DNA of 64,000 nt from Vitrella brassicaformis CCMP3155 (Eukaryota; Protista; Chromerida). Below are positions 1-12,060 of this stretch, in pieces (the first letter of the stretch is position 1; every line of letters starts with the position of its first letter). The translations under genes were made by a program, and so were the position numbers. Below the pieces are notes generated by a model that had not been told where the DNA came from, ran no database searches, and worked only from the letters and a program-made list of their open reading frames with translations. The DNA lies in contig CDMY01000295.1 of assembly GCA_001179505.1 (NCBI GenBank), positions 62,001-126,000 on the forward strand. Direction: 5' to 3'.

Positions 1-3000
1 CCAGCTGCTGCAGGTCCAGGTCCGCCGTCAGCCGCCGCCGCTGCAGGTGCCGCCCGGTCCCTCTCGCCCTCCTCCATCTCGACCCCCCACACCTCCACTA
101 ATTTGGGCGACAGTAGGGGGTTGCCGCCACGCTCCGTCTGGCGCTGCACGTTGAAGCCCATCAGGTACTGACGACACACACAACACACGCAGCGGTTCGT
201 GAGAGAGTGAGGGAGGTCTGTGTGTGTGTGTGTGTGAATGTGGGATGCACCTCTCCCGCCGCTGCCTCGGAAGGCGCCGCCTGGTTGGCCGTGGGCTTGA
301 CGGCCCGGTCGCCGGCCTCATAGAGGTCCAGGGAGCGGACGTCGGGGGGCGTCCCACGAGGCTGGCCTTGACGCCACCCCTGACACACACACACTCTTCT
401 CTCCCCTTTCTGAGTGTGTGTGTGTGTGTGTGTGGTTGCATTGCACTCCTGACGTGGCAGCTGAACTTGAGCCTTGGGATGTTGAACCCCTTGGTCTTGT
501 GGATCGTGATGTTGACTGTCTCCTCGTGGGTCCGCATCAGGACCCACTGGTCGACGCCCATCCCCAGGCTGTCGGCTGTGAAGTGGAACCCCGCATTCGG
601 GCCGCCGACGTTGACGCCACCCTGCCGCGTGAAGTGCTCCCGCAAGCCAAACTCACGGCGGATCAGGACGCCCTGGAGCGATGGGGAGTCGCTGGGCCGC
701 CAGAGGAGCAGCCGGGCAGAGTGGGGGGCGGGGAGGGGGGGGCTGACTGTGATGGCTGGGGCGTTGGGGTCGACGGTGGTCTGGCCTGCATACGGATGGA
801 TGGATGGATGTGTGTGTGTGTGTGTGTCTGTCGCGTGTGTGTTGGGGAGGGGGCGTCTTACTGGCAGAGGTGGCTTTGGAGGCTTTGTCTCCGTCTCTGA
901 TCCTGCGGTAGGACGCACCACCACGGAAGGCGCTCAGCAGGTTGCCGACGCTCTCACGGTGCCACGCGCGCCTGAGCCCACCACACCAACACGGCAATGT
1001 GGCTACCTGTTGGTGTGTGGCGTGTGAAGGGTTTTCTCACTTACTTGTAGAGGCATCTCATTTCCCGAATAGTGCACTTGGTCGAGTCCTCGATGGTCGT
1101 GACCTGCAGACAGACAGACAGTCCACAACACATACATACCAACAAATGCCGATTTCCTCCCTCTGTGTGGTGTGGTGTGGTGTGGTGTGGTGTCCTCCTC
1201 CTCTCTGTGTTTCTTACCACTTGCGTGAAGAGGTCTCGTTTGCCCAGCATGCCGTGGTGCTCGCCTCTGGTCATGTGGAAGGGCGCCACCTTCTGAACCC
1301 GCGACGTTATGCTGTACATGTCCAGACACATCTGCACCTGCACACATACATTCCGACACGCAGATAGACAGGCATCTCACAGGCAGGTGTAGGGGTGTGT
1401 GTGTGTGTGTGTGCTAAGTGGATCCTCACCTCTCGCTTGACGGCTTCGGCAGATGATGGCAGAAAGAGCGTGGCAGTGGGGTCGTATCTATTGCGGCGGC
1501 AGAAGTCCAGCACGTACGAGAACACGTGCGGCGCCACGTTGTCGATGTACCTCAACGCATACCTAACACACACACCACCACACCACCACGACGCTCAAAG
1601 CATCGCTTCCGCCTCCCCGTCTCCCCATGGCAAGTATGCTCACTTGTCGAACCGATTGTAGATTGCCGACTCCTCCCCACAGGCGATCAGGGTGGAGAGG
1701 CACGTGGCGAAGGGCCGGCCCACGACCACCAGCTTCAGCACCTCGTCCTCCCTCTCGCCCTCGCGCAAAGCCACCTTCTGCTGGAAGTACGGCTCCATCG
1801 CCTTCAGGGCGGCCTTCCACCGCTTCTTGAGCTCCGTCGCCTCCGCGATGGCCACGTCCAGCTGCGTCAGGCGGCTCTCTACAGTGCTCCTGATCTCCTG
1901 CACGCACCCACCACACACAAGCAAGGAAAGAGAGAGGTGTGAAGTGGTGTTTCGTGTGGTGTGGTTTAGGCGGCCACCTGTAGCTGTGCGAAGGCGTTGC
2001 TGATGGCGTCATTGAGGTTGGTGGGGTGCGGCTGGTTGGCTGGCTGCTGCAGGTCGCTGGTCTGCACGGCCTTGCTCTCCTTACGAACAAAGGTATCCAA
2101 CGAAACTGACTCAGGGACAGACACAAAGACAAAGCCACTGACCTGTGTGTTTTCTCTCCCTCCCTCCCTCCCTGCACCCCTGCCTCCCTCTGTCTGTCCG
2201 GATGTCTGCCTCTGACTGTGTACCAGAGCGCTGAAACATTTCGTAGTAGAAGCGATGTCGCGCATCGGACGGCTCCACGGTGGTGGCGTTGCACCCCAGA
2301 ATCATGAGGTCATTGAGGAAGCTGCCGAACGCCTCAGGGTCGACATCCAGGAAGATGCGGCCCTCAGAATCGCGCTGACAGAAGATACGTAGCGACACAA
2401 CAAGACACAACGGACACGAGAGAGAGAGAGAGAGAGAGAGAATGGGGCAATGATGCAAACGTCCATTTGTGTGATTGGTGTGTATGTGCAGACCTTCAGT
2501 CTGTGCTCCCAGTGACCAGCTGAAGGCGCACACACGACGGACGGGCAGACACACACATGAGGCCTCCTGTCTGTCCTTTGCGCCTGCCTGCTTGTGCCCG
2601 TTAGCTTACAGAAGAGCTCGGCAAAGAGGGTGCCCTTCTGCTTGGTCAAGATGGCCCTCGTAATCCCCTCCTCCATCAGCAGCCCGCCCACGTTGAGCAG
2701 CACCCTCTCACTCACGATAGTGGGCTCGCGATAGTCGTTCTCAGTCTTGATGCGATGCAGCTCCTCAGTCAGCTTCTTCAGCCCCGCTTCTTTCTCGTTG
2801 ACGGCCTCGGCCGCCCCGTTGATGCTTTCGTTGAGAGTGGTACGCAGCGCGTCGACCTCGGGCATGACTGACGGCGTCCGACCGGCTGCTGCTTCCGCTG
2901 CTGCGCCTTGAGGCTCGTCTTCGATGCGGCGCTTCTTGCTCGTGTCTGCGGATGCTGCCGAGTAGTCAGGCGCCGAGCGCTTGGCCCTCACTGCGTCCTC

Positions 3001-3009
3001 CTCGTCCAT
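1..3009 (-). CDS. Multi-exon tandem BTB/POZ (KCTD-type) domain protein, 3' end runs off the window
   Basis: ATG at 3009 (MDEEDAVR). GT-AG splicing (exon to 2610, micro-exon 2494-2519, exon from 2374) gives ERVLLNVGGLLMEEGITRAILTKQKGTLFAELF...RDSEGRIFLDVDPEAFGSFLNDL, a KCTD-like BTB. A second BTB-like segment follows (EVLKLVVVGRPFATCLSTLIAC...YIDNVAPHVFSYVLDFCRR). The last visible exon (YLMGFNVQRQ...KLVEVWGVE) stays open to base 1. Confidence 0.75.
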
Positions 3010-3469
3010 TCCCTCTTCTCCCCCCTTCGTGCGAGCCGAGGAAGCGATCGGGATCAGGAAAGAGGGAGAGGAGAAATCATTGCAAAGGGCAGTTAGAGTG
3101 AGAGGAGCACCCCCTCGTGTATGACCTGAACTCACGTGCCGGCGAGAATTCGCGATGGCGAGGAGAATTCGCGATGGTGAGACAATTCAACGACTCGGAA
3201 GAAACATTTGAGAGCGTCATTCGTTCACTTAACCGCTATCCCCCGCTCCCTCACCTGCCCGCGTCTTTGTTTGTGTCAGCACCACCTCTCATGAAAGCCT
3301 ATTCCGCCCACCCGAGCAGATGTCGGGTGTGGATGACGCTGAGTGAGGATGCAGACGTCTATACGCAGACCATCCGCGCCCCACGACTCCATCCGCACCG
3401 ATGTGGCCCCTCTAACTGTAAGTAAAAGACACGTCGATGCGTTCTGTCTCTACTGCATCGATCAATGTA

Positions 3470-5840
3470 GGAGACGCTACGTCGCTTAATTGACGAATCG
3501 TCGCGAGAAGAGGCCGCCTTCAACCTCTACAAGACAGACCCATGGAGCCGCACCGACGAAAAATTGAATTACTGGGAGGTGAGATGCATGTATTATCACT
3601 CTTCACGGATTCATCTATATTTGTCTCTCTTCTATCAGGGAAATGCCAACACACTGGAGCACCACCTGGGGGAAGTAGTGTCTGCAGTTCGACTTATGCT
3701 GGCCGTCTGATCTGCACTGGCTGCTGATCTGCCAGGTCCGTACCTGTCCACGCACCTGTCCTCGCTGCCATCAGTGTTCTGTCTGGTATATGTGCTGTTT
3801 GCTGCAGGGCTGAATGTTCCACTCACTGGGGGGATGGGGGGTGGAGGCTACGGCGTGCGTGTTTCGTTCTCTGTATTTTTTCTGCCCAACGTGTGTTGGT
3901 GGGCACGTGAGGGGCAGCCAGGAAGCGGTCGGTCGAGTGGCCGTGCGGCGTGTTTTGACGTCAGCCTGAGGGGGGCAGTGAGTTCGGTGTCTGTCTGTCT
4001 GCCTGTCTGTCTGTCTGTCTGTCTGCCCGGCTGCAACGCAGTGTCGGTGTAGGTGAGGGTGAGGGCATAGCAGTGGGATAGGGTGCTCTTTGTACACACA
4101 CACACACACACACACGTGTCCAGTTTTGTCCACCATTACTTTCCTCAGCTGGGGAAAGTGTCAGCTGAGGAAAGTAATGGTGGACGATCCATGTATTTTC
4201 TAAATTGATCATTGTCTATCAATGTAGTAAAAAGACACGTCCATGCATTCGTTTGTGTGATATGTGCTTGCCGGATGGATGTCTCTGTCTCTATTGCATC
4301 GATCAATGCAGGAGACGCTGCGTCGACTGATAGACGAGTCGGCGCCTGAGGAGATCGACAGCAAGGCGAGAGTCGCGGCGTTCCACCTTTACCAAGCAGA
4401 CCACAGCCGCACCCAGGAAAAACTTAACTACTGGGAGGTGAGATGCATTCATTATCGATCTTCATGGATTCATCTGCGTGTATTTGTGCCTCTTGTATCA
4501 GAGTAAAGCCAACAGCCTTGAGCACCACCTGGGGGAAGTAATCTCGGAAGTTCGACATATTTTGGCGTGCTGATTCGCGTTCTTGCCTGTCTGCCATCGT
4601 TGTTCATTGCCTACATCGTTGTCCTTTGTTGCCATCGACTACATGTAGGGAGTCCCTTACTCGGCGACGACATAGTAAGAGGTCGACGCGAGAGCGAGAC
4701 TGGCGGCTTTTCACATCTACAAGGCGTACCACAGGCGTACCGACGAGAGACCAAATTTTCGGGAGGTGAGATGCATCTATTAATCTTCAAGCCGAACTCA
4801 AGGCATTGCGCCTCAGGGGTACACAGGATGATATGTCGCCGGCCATCAAGGGCAGTCGCAGCGCAATAGCCATCGAGGATGAGATCGAGATCCTGCGTGA
4901 AACTTGCAAGGTGCGTGAAGGAGGGGGGCAGCCTTGACGGTTACGTGTTTATGCCTCAGGAGCTGGAGCGGAGGAAGGAGGAACTAGAACGGGACAATGA
5001 AGAGCTACAAGCTGAGGTTGATGATTTGCTGGATGAAATTGAGGACCTTCGTGCCGCGCCCCCTCTCCCCGCCCCCTCAGGGGTCAATGTCGACAGCGAC
5101 ACCCCTCACTCGCAGGAAGAGGGTCAGTCACACTTGCCTTTATTGTACCTGAATGAATCTGAATATATATGTGTGTCTCCTGTATGAATGGTCAGAGGGC
5201 GTCAGCCAGCCACCCCGTCCTCTGGTCCCGCAGCTCAAGCTCGGCGGCGCCCAGGATTCATGGATTCACGTATGCGTGTATTTGTGTGTCTTGTGACAGG
5301 GCAAAACCAACACCGTCGAGCCCCACCTGGGGGAAGTAATTTTGGCAGTTCAACAGATACTCGATGCCTCTCCCCACGAGAAAACAACTTCAGCCTCAAC
5401 CAATGTCCGCACGGCCCCTTGTGCCCTTCCTCAAGCTGAAGCTTCAGGAGGGAGATTCGACCGCCTCCCTGAACGCCTCACGCACTAGCAACACCCCCGC
5501 CGATGACACGACTAGGAACGAGCGACGCGAACGAGTCGAGGTGGGGGACCTGAGAGGGGTACAGACAGGCCCCACGCACGACACATCATCGCCTGTTGCC
5601 TGTTGTCGCGCAGAAAAAATCTGCGCCCCCCTCCCCCCTCTCCCCACGAGAAAACAACTTCAGCCTCAACCAATGTCCGCATTGCCCCTTGTGCCGGTGC
5701 TCAAGCTAAGGGAAGGAGAGTCGGCCCTCTTCCTCAACGCCTCCCGCGGGAGCAGCCACAGCCCCGATGCCACGCGCAACGAACGACGAGAACGAGTCGA
5801 GGTGGGGGACCTGAGAGGGATACAGACAGGCCCCACGGCA
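3470..5840 (+). pseudogene. Scrambled, degenerate exon copies of the coiled-coil gene at 18284-23587
   Basis: Three copies of its penultimate exon (about 3475-3578, 4313-4437, 4680-4766; cf. 23320-23446). Copies of its middle exons at 4865-5240 (AIEDEIEILRETCK; ELQAEVDDLLDEIEDLRA; about 75 bp of intron at 5122-5195 identical to 21017-21090). Two copies of its first exons (5402-5580, 5672-5838). The order is not collinear with the parent, and stops and frameshifts are present. Confidence 0.7.
3728..4115 (+). repeat. Inverted copy of 6990-7450 (3' flank of the 7455-8324 ORF)
   Basis: ctgccaggtccgtacctgtccacgcacc...gccatcagtgttctgtctgg...gctgcaacgcagtgtcggtgtaggtgaggg is the reverse complement of 6990-7450, with small indels. 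Confidence 0.85.
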
Positions 5841-6001
5841 CATCCCAGGTCATCCATCGCTGCGTACATTTTATATTATGATGAGGCATGGGACTTTCCA
5901 AGCACGGATGACACGACCAAGCTGGCTGGGTTGTATGCATGAAGTGAAGTGGATTAAGAGTGATGGAAAGAGAGGGATGCATCAGATATAGATGGCGAGT
6001 G

Positions 6002-6939
6002 TGTGCATTGCAGGATTGGTGGACACTTGATGCCATGCCGTGGCTGTCATGACTGTGCGCTTTCATTCATCAATGGACCACCGAATGTCTGTGTGTGTCT
6101 TTGTGGCCAACAGAAGACCATGTGCAAACAAAACAATCCATCCATCCATCAAACAAAGCTGTGTCAGCCCACCGCCCCGCCCCTCCCACTCAGTGTTGTT
6201 GATCTCTCCATGTCACCCACCCACCCACTGCTGACACATGTGTGTGTGTATGTGTGTGTGTGTGAAAAGGACCCCCCGCCCACTGCTATGCCCTCACCTC
6301 GGCCTACACCGACACTTCGTTGCAGCCGGGCAGACAGACAGACAGACAGACAGAGAGACAAAAAGACAGGCAAGACAGACAGGCAGACAGGCACCGAACT
6401 CACTCCGTCGGTCAGTCGACACGCAATCCATGCGCCCGTGACCCTTGAAACACTCTCCCATTCGCCCACCCCCCCGTCCCTCTCTGGCTGTGTGGCTCTC
6501 TCACAGGCAATCCATTCATGAAGGCATCGGCTAGCGACGCGCACACACACACACATGGAGTCATCCCGCCCACCTGACTGCCCGAGAAACAAAGTCTCAC
6601 GACCCACACACACACACACACAAACACTCACCCAGGCACCCACCCACCCACGTGGCCCAGCCAACACGCACACGACCGACAGACTGCGAAAGAGAGAAAG
6701 GGATCACTACAAAAAGAGAGTGCGGGTCCGTCGGCTCTCGTCAGCCTCTTGGCCGCACAGGAGATCTCCTCCCCCAGTCAGCCAGTCAGTCAGTCAGTCG
6801 GACAGCCAGCAGCCAGCCATGCACACCAATCAACCAAGTATCCATCCATCCATCCATTCATCCATCCACAAGGCACATGATTCACACATGCATCAGCTGC
6901 CCTGCCTGCCCACAGCTACTAGAAATGAGACAAAAAGAC
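6002..6939. repeat. Outer inverted repeat, left arm (pairs with 16160-17630)
   Basis: 6002-6070 is the reverse complement of about 17563-17630, 6720-6780 of 16440-16500, and 6890-6939 of 16160-16215. The arm is microsatellite-rich. Confidence 0.85.
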
Positions 6940-7454
6940 TCCCCACTCAGTGTTGTTGATCTCTCCATGTCACCCACCCACTGCTGACGTGTGTGTGGGT
7001 GTGGGTGTGCAAAGAGATTCCCAGCCCACTGCTATGCCCTCACCCTCACCTACACTGACACTGCGTTGCAGCCGGAGAGACAGACAGACAAACAGACAAA
7101 CAGACAGAGACAGACAGACAGACAGACAGCCGGCCAGCCAGACAGACACCGAACTCACTGCCCCCCTCAGACTGACGTCAAAAGACAGCCGCACGACCAC
7201 TCGACCGACCACTTCCTGGCTGCCCCTCACGTGCCACGGTGCCCACCAACAGAGAACGAAACACGCACGCCGTAGCCTCCACCCCCAACCCCCCCAGCCA
7301 TCCCAAGTGAGTGGAATGGCAATAAAGTCGTGTGTGGTATCATTCAGCCCTGCAGCAAACAGCACATACACCAGACAGAACACTGATGGCAGCGAGAATG
7401 TGTGAGCCGTTGCTGGTGTTGCTGGTGCGTGGACAGGTGCGGACCTGGCAATTT

Positions 7455-8324
7455 TCAGAAGTGCCTGGTCTTCCTCTGAATCCAGACCGGCCCTACCTGG
7501 ACACACACGTAGAACTCCAGGCACCCATACGTGTGGAAGGGCCCGCTCGTGCCCGTCCCGTTGGCCCAGAACCACCCGACGGCACGGATGGTGCCGTAGT
7601 GAGCGCCCTCGACCTCGATTGTGGCGTTGTGGTGCGGCGCCGTCGCCGCCTCCATCTCCTCATGAGTGGCTGGGCGAATCATCATGCTCCCCTCCATGGG
7701 CCCGGCCGCCTCGGTGAGGTTGCCCTGCTCATGCTGGTGACGCAGGACGATGCCGTAGTCCTCGGTCATGTTTCTGTCGTCCATTGCCTTGTGCAGCGAC
7801 GCGAGGAAGGGCTTGTCGGCCAGCAGCGCCTTGTAGCTGGTGCGGAAGGCGTCGAGGTGCTCCGGGCAGGGCATCATGTACTCGAGTGGCACCACATCAC
7901 CTCCCTCGCCCAGCTTCATCTTGTAGGGAAAGGCCTTCGACAGGTCCAGAGAGGCAAAGCTTGCTGGCAGCAGGATGGGCCGGGAATACTCGGCGCCATA
8001 GCAGTCGGTCCGCAGCAGGACCTCTCCCTCCTGAAGCTTCTCATGGTGGTGTGGGAGGTGGATGCCCAGCACCTTGCCGTGGCGAGATGGGCCGACGATG
8101 GTCGTCAAGACGTCCCTGACGGCCTCCTCGCCTCCTGCCGTTGCTCCTTTGTCGCTCAGCGAGGCGAACGCAGGCAGATCGTTGAACACGGACGTGTTCC
8201 AGGTGTTCGAGGTGGGCACGACGGCCGAGTTGGGCTTCCAGCCCGGGCCATGGTGAAGTAGCACCACACTCACGAGGACCGCGCCGACAGCCGCCGCACT
8301 CGCGCCGATGGTCAGGTGCTTCAT
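7455..8324 (-). CDS. Intronless hypothetical protein (about 289 aa) with N-terminal signal/anchor, His-rich motif and Cys-containing tail
   Basis: Uninterrupted GC-rich ORF MKHLTIGASAAAVGAVLVSVVLLHHG...GKVLGIHLPHHHEKLQEGEVLL...GCLEFYVCVQVGPVWIQRKTRHF*. It contains no intron-type microsatellites, unlike its neighbours. Confidence 0.75.
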   Translation of the reverse strand: MKHLTIGASAAAVGAVLVSVVLLHHGPGWKPNSAVVPTSNTWNTSVFNDLPAFASLSDKGATAGGEEAVRDVLTTIVGPSRHGKVLGIHLPHHHEKLQEGEVLLRTDCYGAEYSRPILLPASFASLDLSKAFPYKMKLGEGGDVVPLEYMMPCPEHLDAFRTSYKALLADKPFLASLHKAMDDRNMTEDYGIVLRHQHEQGNLTEAAGPMEGSMMIRPATHEEMEAATAPHHNATIEVEGAHYGTIRAVGWFWANGTGTSGPFHTYGCLEFYVCVQVGPVWIQRKTRHF

Positions 8325-8387
8325 GTCTGGAAGGGAAGGGACGAGAGGATGAATCAACACGACGGACAAACGAGGCAGCTGGAACCC

Positions 8388-9032
8388 GCTGAGGGCCCTT
8401 CATGGTGCTCTAAAGCGGGTCCACTCACAAGTGTTTCTCGGGATCCACGATTTCCGAGAAAAGCTCGCAGATGAGACTAGGGTACTTCACGAAACCGCTG
8501 CCAGAGTGAACAAGCTCGCGCGAAAATGAGCCATCCCCGGGCAATGAGCCATTCATCATCGGTAAGAATGAGTTGCCTTGGCCGCTGGCGTCGTTTTCTG
8601 TGCGCTCCGAAGGTGGATTGTCATCCATCGCCCTGAGATCTCTTGTGCGCTGAGGAGGCCGGTCGGCAGATCTGCACCGACCAGAGACCGTGCACGGCCC
8701 GCTCACGTAAGCCAGCAGAAAAGACAACACAAATCACAAACAGCACTAAATGGCTTCGTCATGTCTGTCCTCGCCGCAGTGCGATGGCCACCTCACACAC
8801 CTCCTCGCGGCAATCGCAGCCTGACCATCCTCAGGCAAGTCAGAAGGAGAGGTCTGTCACGTCTGTGTGCCTTTAGGTGGTTTGTGTGTGGTTTTAGGAG
8901 TCGGGTGCGATGGCTCATTCAGAATCGGCTGGACCTCAACCACACACACACACACAGGTACCCAACCGCCCCACACACAGAAACACCACACACGATGTGA
9001 GCATCTGTCTGCGTGTCCCCGTGCTGCAGGCC
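8388..9032. repeat. Inner inverted repeat, left arm (about 645 bp; pairs with 14532-15162)
   Basis: Near-identical reverse complement of 14532-15162. The ORF track shows matching mirror ORFs (8425-8730 minus / 14828-15127 plus; 8578-9000 plus / 14414-14980 minus). Confidence 0.92.
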
Positions 9033-9708
9033 CGAAGGCGGTGGAAGAAACGAAGGGACAGAAGAAGAGCACTGTGGCGCATCCCAGGCAGCAGAGAGAG
9101 CCGCAGTGAGAAGCACACATGCGGCCATCGGGGTGGGGGGAGTGGATGGTGGGGTCATTTTTCATCAGGTGTACACGCCATTCGCAGCGGTTCTTTTGTT
9201 CTTGTGCGTTCAGTCATACACCGATGTGTGCACGTGTGCATACGCTGTCACTTCCGTCGTCTGAAGTGTGTTGTGCTATCGCTGAGCTGACTCTTATGCG
9301 GGTGCGTGGTTTTGGTGGGGGAGGTGTACATGCACAGGCAGACAGGGAACAGACGACCAGAAGCAGGAGAGGTGCTGGTGTGTCGCACGTGAATGCGCGC
9401 TCATGCGAGGAATCAATGAAGACGAATGCAATTAGGTAGGGAATGATACCCTCCATGAACGTCAGTCACGTCAGATATCACAGTCACAGTCGCACTTCAT
9501 AGCCTTGTGCCTCGCGTGTGTGTGATGTGTGATGGCCTCCAGCACGAATCTATCAATTGGCACAAGCCGACACAGCCGGGCAAAACGGCGTCACGCGAAA
9601 GCCGATCGAACTAGCCAACATGCAGACTTGCAAAGCGGCTTCAACCTGCAATCTGCGGTGCCAGTGGGTCGAGTACCTGCCAAACAACAATAACTCATCC
9701 ATCAGGCG

Positions 9709-11640
9709 TCAGAGCAGGATCGCCATCTGATGTACCCAATCTGAGAGTCGCGATAGCGGTACGTAGTCCTGGATTCGGAAAACCTCAACCTCTCGAGCGC
9801 GAAATACATCTTGCCCTTCAAAAAGGGCGTACCCCGCCACCCTTGCTCCCCGATAACCTTTCGGGAGAGCGCTGAGGAGGATGTTGTGATAGCAGCTCCT
9901 CAGTTTCCCATCGCCGTAACCCAGTTTTTGAGAAATCAAGCCCCCTGGGCCGTCGGAGCTACCAAAGATCAAGCTCCCGCGGTCAGACACTTGCATGCTC
10001 TGGCCGGACAAGGCAATTTGCGTCGCTTTGTCGAAGTGGTGGTGGGATAGAGAGAAAAGCCGTAGACCGCAGGCGAAATTCGAGGCTTCGTACGCACCGA
10101 AAGGGCCGACGTCCGGAGCCTCAGGATAGATAAGAAACACCAGGTTGCTCCGCATTTGCAAATGGGGCAAGAAGGCGCTAAGCTGCTCTCCATCAGACGC
10201 CCTGACGTAAGAGCGCGAAAGCACACAAAGTGCACGCAGCGTCTTCTGCTGTGAGCACACGCACATACCTGTGCAGCAGCGTGAAGGTGCACTCGCGGTC
10301 CGACGGCACAATCAGCGATTTGAGTGCAGCAAAGTGCAATGCACTCATCCTGCTGCCAGCAGGCACCTGTAGACAGCACGAGACAGACAGACGGACATCA
10401 GGGATCGTCACGTGCTGTGGGAGTCTCACGTACATCGTGAGTGGGCTCGGGCACCACATCAACGGCCACGCTGTGACTCGCTACACTGTCATCGTCACTC
10501 TGACGACAGTGCAGAACGAAAGGAATGAAAGAGACGTGTAGGGTCTGATGCTCTGGTGGTTACTGACCCCTTCGGATTGGTGGTCTGAATCGGTCGCCAG
10601 GTCCTCCGTGAGAGTGAGTTCAGCCATGGATCGACCGAGGTCCTCAATCTGAGAGAAACCATTGAACAAATGGTTGGACAATTACTTGCATCTGTCTCCC
10701 TTACCATCCAGGGGACGCTTGCTTTCTGGTTTTCCTCCAGAACCACTTCTTCCGGCTCCTGCTGCGTCCTTCGTCGCATGTTGGTCAATCTGTCCACTTG
10801 AGAAGAATGTTGCTGAAACGAGGCAAGAAGCGCACGAGAACCTTCCACAGTGACATAGCCTGTCGGCCGCTTACATCCACGCTGCTGTTTGGCCGTTTGC
10901 TCGGCTGTGTCGTCGGGGAAGGCGGTCGGAGGGAGAACCCGGAGTTCCGTCCAGGACCCAGATAGACACAGGGAGACCAGAGGAAGTCGGAAGAACCACC
11001 GACTTTGAAGGAGTCACACGACTGTGAAGCACCCTGCAGAAATCCAAAAAGAGTGACACGCAATTATCTCGTCCCATCAGCATCGGCGTGTAAAACGCAC
11101 CTGGAGATGCTGCTCAGCAGAGCCTTCCGCCGCCTCTGGCGCTCCAACAGCAACCTCTTCTCGGGTCTGAAACAAGCATCGATGCAAAACGCTTTGCGTG
11201 TCTAATTTGTCTCTCACCTTTGTGTCATCCGATTTCTCAGATTCGGGTATAATATCGAGCTACTCCTGGAGAAGCGGGTCGCTCAACTGCACGCAAAAGC
11301 ATACGATGCTCATGGGACTTGGTGATCCGATGTACATCGACTCTTCTCTTCGCTTACCGTCACGTCAGTGCCTGCAGCTGCTGCTGCTGCCGGAGCGGGA
11401 GCAATAGCAAGTGGCTTAGAAGCAGGCACAGTATTGATCTCTTCCTGGGCGGGCGGCTGGCCCATCAACTGCACCAAACAGCATACCAAGCTCACGCTCA
11501 TGTCACTCGGTGAGCGTCCGATGCACAGGCACTTTCCCTTCCCTACCGCCATTCCAGTGGAGTCGCCAGTGGCTGCTGCGGGAGCAGCAACACGTGGCTC
11601 AGAACCCGGGAGACGACTCTGATAAGCACGCACGAATCGA
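9709..11640 (-). CDS. TLDc (TLD) domain protein, C-terminal exons; may be the 3' end of one long gene starting near 14.6 kb
   Basis: Splicing 10269 to 10201 gives FTLLHR|ASDGEQLSAFLPHL...NLVFLIY...FGAY...RLFSLS...FEGQDVFRAREVEVFRI*, matching the TLDc pattern LLYRASxDG...F.GAY...EVEVF. Upstream exons are low complexity. Confidence 0.7.
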
Positions 11641-12060
11641 TGAATAGCCAGTGCCTCACCGATTCAAAGCGACTGTGTTCTCTCGATTCACCGTTTGGTT
11701 GTCTGACGTGGCATCGCCGACTGCTGAAGATGCGCACCCTTGCTCTAATGCAGCATATGGCACGCGCCCCGATCGGCCAGCAGACATCCGTGGCGATTGG
11801 CCTACACACCAGGCAGCAGCAGAAACACAGACACACGTGCTTGCGCACATCATTTTGGTACCCGAGCGGACTGGTTGAGTGGCTGCGGGTCGACCTGCGC
11901 ATTACACAGCAGCAGAGAGAGAAATGCGGGAAAATCGCCCGCCATTCACCCAGCCCATGGTGTACCAAGGGCATGTGAAGGCGATCCACGAGGAAAAAAG
12001 GGAGGGCGGTGTGCGGGCGGGAAGGAGGGAGGCAAGCTGAGGGCCGCCGCACCGCCACCG
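11424..12060. repeat. Direct repeat unit 1 (copy at about 13169-13812, offset about 1745 bp)
   Basis: gcacagtattgatctcttcctgggcgggcggctggcccatcaactgcaccaaacagcatacc... recurs at about 13170. The sub-block around 11940-12230 also recurs at about 12500-12800. Confidence 0.9.

Noticed and set aside
3470-5420. Recurrent ccacctgggggaagta / tactgggaggtgagatgcat motifs as a CRISPR-like array
   Set aside because: Spacing is irregular, and the units are copies of spliced exons of the gene at 23320-23587. The context is eukaryotic with no cas genes.
7332-8261. 309-aa plus-strand ORF overlapping the intronless gene
   Set aside because: Antisense shadow. The minus-strand frame has the signal peptide and protein-like composition.
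8425-8730. ORF MDDNPPSERTEND... and its mirror at 14828-15127 as genes
   Set aside because: It lies wholly within the repeat, has no recognisable domain, and the copies differ by an indel. It may be a uORF or non-coding.
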